From assembly GCA_010031985.1 (NCBI GenBank), contig RGYP01000001.1, positions 1 through 38,458 of the forward strand: 38,458 bases of DNA, in the 5' to 3' direction. The notes under the pieces are model-generated. The model ran no database searches, was not told the DNA's origin, and was given only the letters and a program-made list of their open reading frames with translations. Source of the DNA: Gammaproteobacteria bacterium. GTDB taxonomy: Bacteria; Pseudomonadota; Gammaproteobacteria; Steroidobacterales; Steroidobacteraceae. Shown in pieces: positions 35,014 through 38,458 of this stretch. Both the position numbers and the translations under genes were made by a program. How positions within the stretch are numbered: the first letter of the stretch is position 1; every line of letters starts with the position of its first letter.

Positions 35014-36291
35014 TCACCCCCAAAGAGACGCGCGAAGATCCTGCAGGCTGAACGCCGAGTCGAGCAACGGAGCGGACGGCGTTCCGGACGCCGCGTCGCG
35101 CGTGAGCAGCATGCACTTCACGGCCTCACCCATTTCTCCCGGCAAGAGCAGCGTGCGCGCACCGCGCGCAAGTGCGATGTGTCGCGGATCGGCGGGTTCT
35201 AGCCCCGTCGTGGCCGCTGCCAATTCGCGATCGATCCCGGCGCCCAACAGAAACCCGGCCTGCGTCGTGAACCCGGAAATCTGGAAACCGGCCTGCATCG
35301 CGGCCTCGGCGACCGCCGTGAAATCGACCCAGGCGGTGATGTCGCAGAGCCCGGGATGAAGGAACGGATCACCATGAGCTTGGTGACGATAGTGACAGCG
35401 CAAGCTGCCGGTCATCCGCTGCGGATGCAGCAACTGCGAACGGGGTAGACCGTAATCCACGATCAGCACGGTACCGCGGTCCATCGCCGCAGCGAGCGCT
35501 GCAAACCACGCCGTCAGCGACGGATGCCACTCGCCGCAATAGCCCTCGGGCAAGTTTGTAACGACGGATCTTTTTTCATTGACGCCCTCGTTTGGAAACA
35601 GCCGCGCTGCGATCATCCGGAAGTCGTCGTCGTCGACACGGGCGCCGTTCGCCGGTCGCATGCGCCACTCGAACCGCGCTGCGGAGACGGCGCCCGAAGC
35701 AAGCCCAACACCCAGCCGCCAAAGTTCGCCGCCACGCACCACGAAGCGCTCGCACGGTAGTGCATCGAGGATTTCGTTGGCGAAGACCACCCCCGCAAAA
35801 TCATTGGGCAGCGAATCGAGCCAGTCCAGTTCGACGTCGCCACTTGCCGTGCTCGCGAGCGTTTGCTGCTGTCGCTCGCGCAGATCGGCGCTGACCTCGA
35901 GCAGGCGATATCGCCGCAGCGGCGAACCGCTGCCCGACAACAGGCCGAGCGCGTCGGCCGCGAATTGGCCGGTGCCGGGACCGAACTCCAGAATCTCTCG
36001 CGCGCTCTGCAAGTCGAGCCAATCGATGAAACGGCGCGCACAGCAACGCGCGAAGAGCGGCGAAATCATCGGCGCCGTGACGAAGTCGCCCGCCGCGCCG
36101 AATTTGCGGGCGCCGGCGCTGTAATAACCCAGGCCCGGTGCGTACAGCGCGAGCTGCATGTACTCGGCGAACGACAGCCATCCGTCTGCAGCGGTCATGC
36201 GTTCGGCTATGTGCTCGGCCACCCGTCGGGAGTGCACGAGCGCGTCGGCACCGGCCGGCGGCAACGACGATGGATCTGTCGTGAAACTCAT
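35014..36291 (-). CDS. MidA/NDUFAF7-family SAM-dependent methyltransferase (DUF185)
   Basis: YYSAGARKFGAAGDFVTAPMISPLFARC, SAM motif ILEFGPGTGQFAAD, and ANEILDALP. Confidence 0.8.
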   Translation of the reverse strand: MSFTTDPSSLPPAGADALVHSRRVAEHIAERMTAADGWLSFAEYMQLALYAPGLGYYSAGARKFGAAGDFVTAPMISPLFARCCARRFIDWLDLQSAREILEFGPGTGQFAADALGLLSGSGSPLRRYRLLEVSADLRERQQQTLASTASGDVELDWLDSLPNDFAGVVFANEILDALPCERFVVRGGELWRLGVGLASGAVSAARFEWRMRPANGARVDDDDFRMIAARLFPNEGVNEKRSVVTNLPEGYCGEWHPSLTAWFAALAAAMDRGTVLIVDYGLPRSQLLHPQRMTGSLRCHYRHQAHGDPFLHPGLCDITAWVDFTAVAEAAMQAGFQISGFTTQAGFLLGAGIDRELAAATTGLEPADPRHIALARGARTLLLPGEMGEAVKCMLLTRDAASGTPSAPLLDSAFSLQDLRASLWG

Positions 36292-36398
36292 CGCATCGGC
36301 GCCCCGAGAATCGGCGCCACGGGCAGCGGTGTTGCGGCCGTCACGGCGTTCGCAGGATTCTGGGTCATCTCGCGAGTCTCGGTCATAATGCGGTCGCG

Positions 36399-37184
36399 AT
36401 GAGCCTCGACACCTCCCTGCAGCCCCCCGTCAGACCGGACCAGCCTCTTGCCGGCAAGGTCGCGCTGATCACCGGTGGCGCGCGTCGCGTCGGCGCCGAG
36501 ATCGCCCGCGTGCTGCATGGCGCCGGTGCCGATATCGTGGTGCACTATCAAAATTCGGCTCGCGAAGCCGAGGCGTTGGTTCGCAGCCTCGAACAGAAAC
36601 GCGCAGGTAGCGCCGCCAGCGTCCGCGCCAATCTTCTCGAGACCGCGAGACTCGGCGAGCTCGTGAGTTTCGTGCAGCAGCGTTTTTCGCGTCTCGACGT
36701 TCTCGTCAACAATGCCTCGACGTTCTACCCGACGCCGGTCGGTGAGATCACCGAAAAACATTGGGACGATCTTCTGGGCTCGAACCTCAAGGCGCCGCTT
36801 TTTTTGTCGCAAGCTGCAGCGCCCGCGCTGCGCCTGTCGACGGGGCTGATTTTGAACATCGTCGACATTCACGGCATGCGTCCGTTGCGTCGCTACCCGG
36901 TTTACGGGGTCGCGAAAGCCGGTCTCATCATGCTCACCCGTTCGCTCGCTCGCGAGCTTGGTCCGCAAGTACGCGTCAACGCCATTGCGCCCGGGCCGGT
37001 GATGTGGCCCCACGACGGTGTCGCCGATGCCGCGTTGCAACAAAAAATCGTGGGCCGCACGCTTCTCAAGCGCACCGGCTCTGCTCTCGACATCGCGCGA
37101 ACTGCGCTTTTCTTTGCTGCCGACGCACCCTACATCACGGGGCAGATCATGCCGGTCGACGGCGGCCGCAGCGTCGCCTGGTAA
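36399..37184 (+). CDS. folM: Short-chain dehydrogenase, pteridine reductase / FolM-like
   Basis: ALITGGARRVGAEIA, NNAS, and YGVAKAGLIMLTRSLA (YxxxK). The assignment is supported by folK/folB context only. Confidence 0.65.
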   Translation: MSLDTSLQPPVRPDQPLAGKVALITGGARRVGAEIARVLHGAGADIVVHYQNSAREAEALVRSLEQKRAGSAASVRANLLETARLGELVSFVQQRFSRLDVLVNNASTFYPTPVGEITEKHWDDLLGSNLKAPLFLSQAAAPALRLSTGLILNIVDIHGMRPLRRYPVYGVAKAGLIMLTRSLARELGPQVRVNAIAPGPVMWPHDGVADAALQQKIVGRTLLKRTGSALDIARTALFFAADAPYITGQIMPVDGGRSVAW

Positions 37185-37204
37185 TCGCGCAGTTCGACTG
37201 CGCT

Positions 37205-37720
37205 TCACCCCGCCCCCACCGTCTCGCCGTCGGCGAGCCCAAGATCAACCCGCGTCATGACATGCGCTGCGCGATCGAACCGTGCCCACAACACGGCGAT
37301 GGACTCGCGCGCCGTCGGATGCACGATCGCGCTCGCGATGTCGGCCAGCGGCCCCAACATGTACGGCCTGCGCAGAAGATCGGGCCGTGGCAGTACGAGA
37401 CCAGGACGATCGATGACGAGATCTCCGAAGAGCAGGATGTCGAGATCCATGCTGCGCGGCGCCCACTTGGGTGCATCGCGGGTGCGACCGCAAAGACCCT
37501 CGATTCGCTGCAGCTCGTCGATGACCTCATCCACGCTGCGCGTGGTGTCGAATCCTGCAACGTAGTTGATGAAATCCTCGCCCTCGAAACCGACCGCGGC
37601 ATTGCGGTAGGCCGGCGAGAAATCGACCTTGCCGAAAGCGCGTTGCATCTCGTGTGCGGCCAGCCGCAGGTTGCGCACCGCATCGACGTTGCTGCCGGCG
37701 GCGACAAATACCCGAGTCAC
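37205..37720 (-). CDS. folK: 2-amino-4-hydroxy-6-hydroxymethyldihydropteridine diphosphokinase
   Basis: ORF 37205..37777. I prefer the GTG at 37720 (VTRVFVAAGSN), 10 nt after the folB stop. The ATG at 37777 would overlap folB by 47 nt. Motifs AGSN, PRSMDLDILLFGD, LVLPRPDL. Confidence 0.8.
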   Translation of the reverse strand: MTRVFVAAGSNVDAVRNLRLAAHEMQRAFGKVDFSPAYRNAAVGFEGEDFINYVAGFDTTRSVDEVIDELQRIEGLCGRTRDAPKWAPRSMDLDILLFGDLVIDRPGLVLPRPDLLRRPYMLGPLADIASAIVHPTARESIAVLWARFDRAAHVMTRVDLGLADGETVGAG

Positions 37721-37730
37721 GAGGTGACGA

Positions 37731-38117
37731 TCACGAGGCGGCGGCAAGGTCGGCGCGGGTACGCTCGATCGCGACACCGACGTCGCGCGATCCGCGGATC
37801 GCGCCCGGCTTGTTCACGGAGAGCCGCACCCACTCGATACCGAATTCTTTGAGTATCATCATCGCCATGCGATGCGCCATCGTCTCGACCAGCATGAACT
37901 CGGAAGATTCGACGAAACCGATCACGCGCTTGGCGACGCTCTTGTAATCGAGCGTATCGACGACATCGTCGTTGACCGCCGCGCGTGCGCAATCAACCGG
38001 CAGCTCGAGATCGATCTGCACGCGCTGCTTGATGCGGCGCTCCCAATCGATGAAACCGATGATGCACTCGATCTCCAACCCGCGCAGGAAGATCGTGTCG
38101 CCTTTTTTGCTCGTCAT
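37731..38117 (-). CDS. folB: Dihydroneopterin aldolase
   Basis: ORF 37731..38243, trimmed to the ATG at 38117. IFLRGLEIECIIGFIDWERRIKQRVQIDLEL, DYKSVAKRV. Confidence 0.85.
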   Translation of the reverse strand: MTSKKGDTIFLRGLEIECIIGFIDWERRIKQRVQIDLELPVDCARAAVNDDVVDTLDYKSVAKRVIGFVESSEFMLVETMAHRMAMMILKEFGIEWVRLSVNKPGAIRGSRDVGVAIERTRADLAAAS

Positions 38118-38163
38118 CTGCTCGAAACTCCTGACTGAAACGCTCGCGGTTAACCACCGCTCC

Positions 38164-38458
38164 CTAAACCGCCGCGCGCTGCGCTCCCGGCGGTTGCAAG
38201 GTGTCGAGTGGCCACTGCGCTCGCGCGCGAATACCCACTCCATCCCGCTCGCCAGCGCTCAATCGCGCCTCGCCCGCCACCGCAATCATCGCCGCATTGT
38301 CGGTACAAAACTCGAGGCGCGGATAGTACACGCGCACGCCGACGCGAGCCGCTGCCGCGTCGAGCCTTTCCCGCAAACGGCGGTTGGCACTGACGCCGCC
38401 GGAAACCACGAGCGCATCGAGCCCCGTGGTCGACATGGCGCGCAGACTTTTCGCCACC
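38164..38458 (-). CDS. tsaD: tRNA N6-adenosine threonylcarbamoyltransferase TsaD, C-terminal part (5' end outside the window)
   Basis: [16 protein letters not shown]....[19 protein letters not shown]. Confidence 0.85.
   Translation of the reverse strand, partial: VAKSLRAMSTTGLDALVVSGGVSANRRLRERLDAAAARVGVRVYYPRLEFCTDNAAMIAVAGEARLSAGERDGVGIRARAQWPLDTLQPPGAQRAAV

Noticed and set aside
1-38458. Search for CRISPR repeats, tRNA/rRNA genes, IS elements, integrases, toxin-antitoxin pairs or defence-system genes
   Set aside because: I found no periodic repeat arrays, tRNA-like T-loop/acceptor patterns, transposase/integrase-like ORFs or small paired ORFs. Every gap between called genes is under 170 bp except the nrdJ/degP region. 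This was a by-eye scan only. tRNAscan-SE, Infernal and defence-finder runs would be the decisive checks.

Overview
GC-rich chromosomal core region with gammaproteobacterial synteny (bioA-rsmE-gshB-yqgE/algH-ruvX-pyrB, yggS-proC-yggT, cpxP<>cpxRA, htpG, split nrdJab, degP, cca, folB-folK-tsaD). I call about 40 protein genes, packed tightly with many 4-nt ATGA/GTGA stop-start overlaps. Calls rest on motifs read in the supplied translations and on start codons I re-derived from the sequence. I found no rRNA, tRNA, CRISPR array, IS/transposase, integrase or phage genes. I also see no obvious defence-island or other clearly novel multi-gene system. The window reads as housekeeping DNA. The observations most worth a second look are listed here. 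(1) rsmE loses all homology after about 135 codons and abuts gshB. (2) The nrdJ/degP intergenic region is an AT-rich island carrying two identical 16-nt NrdR-type palindromes 177 bp apart. (3) A CpxP/Spy-family protein has a Gly/Pro/Met/His-rich N-terminal extension and sits next to CpxRA and a second two-component pair with unusual head-to-head and tail-to-tail overlaps. (4) pyrB is translationally coupled to a PyrK-like flavin/[2Fe-2S] reductase with no pyrD in view. (5) An htpG-msrB-FKBP-amidohydrolase-hydrolase array lies behind a sigma32-like promoter. (6) A bactofilin is coupled to a bitopic coiled-coil membrane protein. The long ORFs antisense to these genes are treated as high-GC artefacts.
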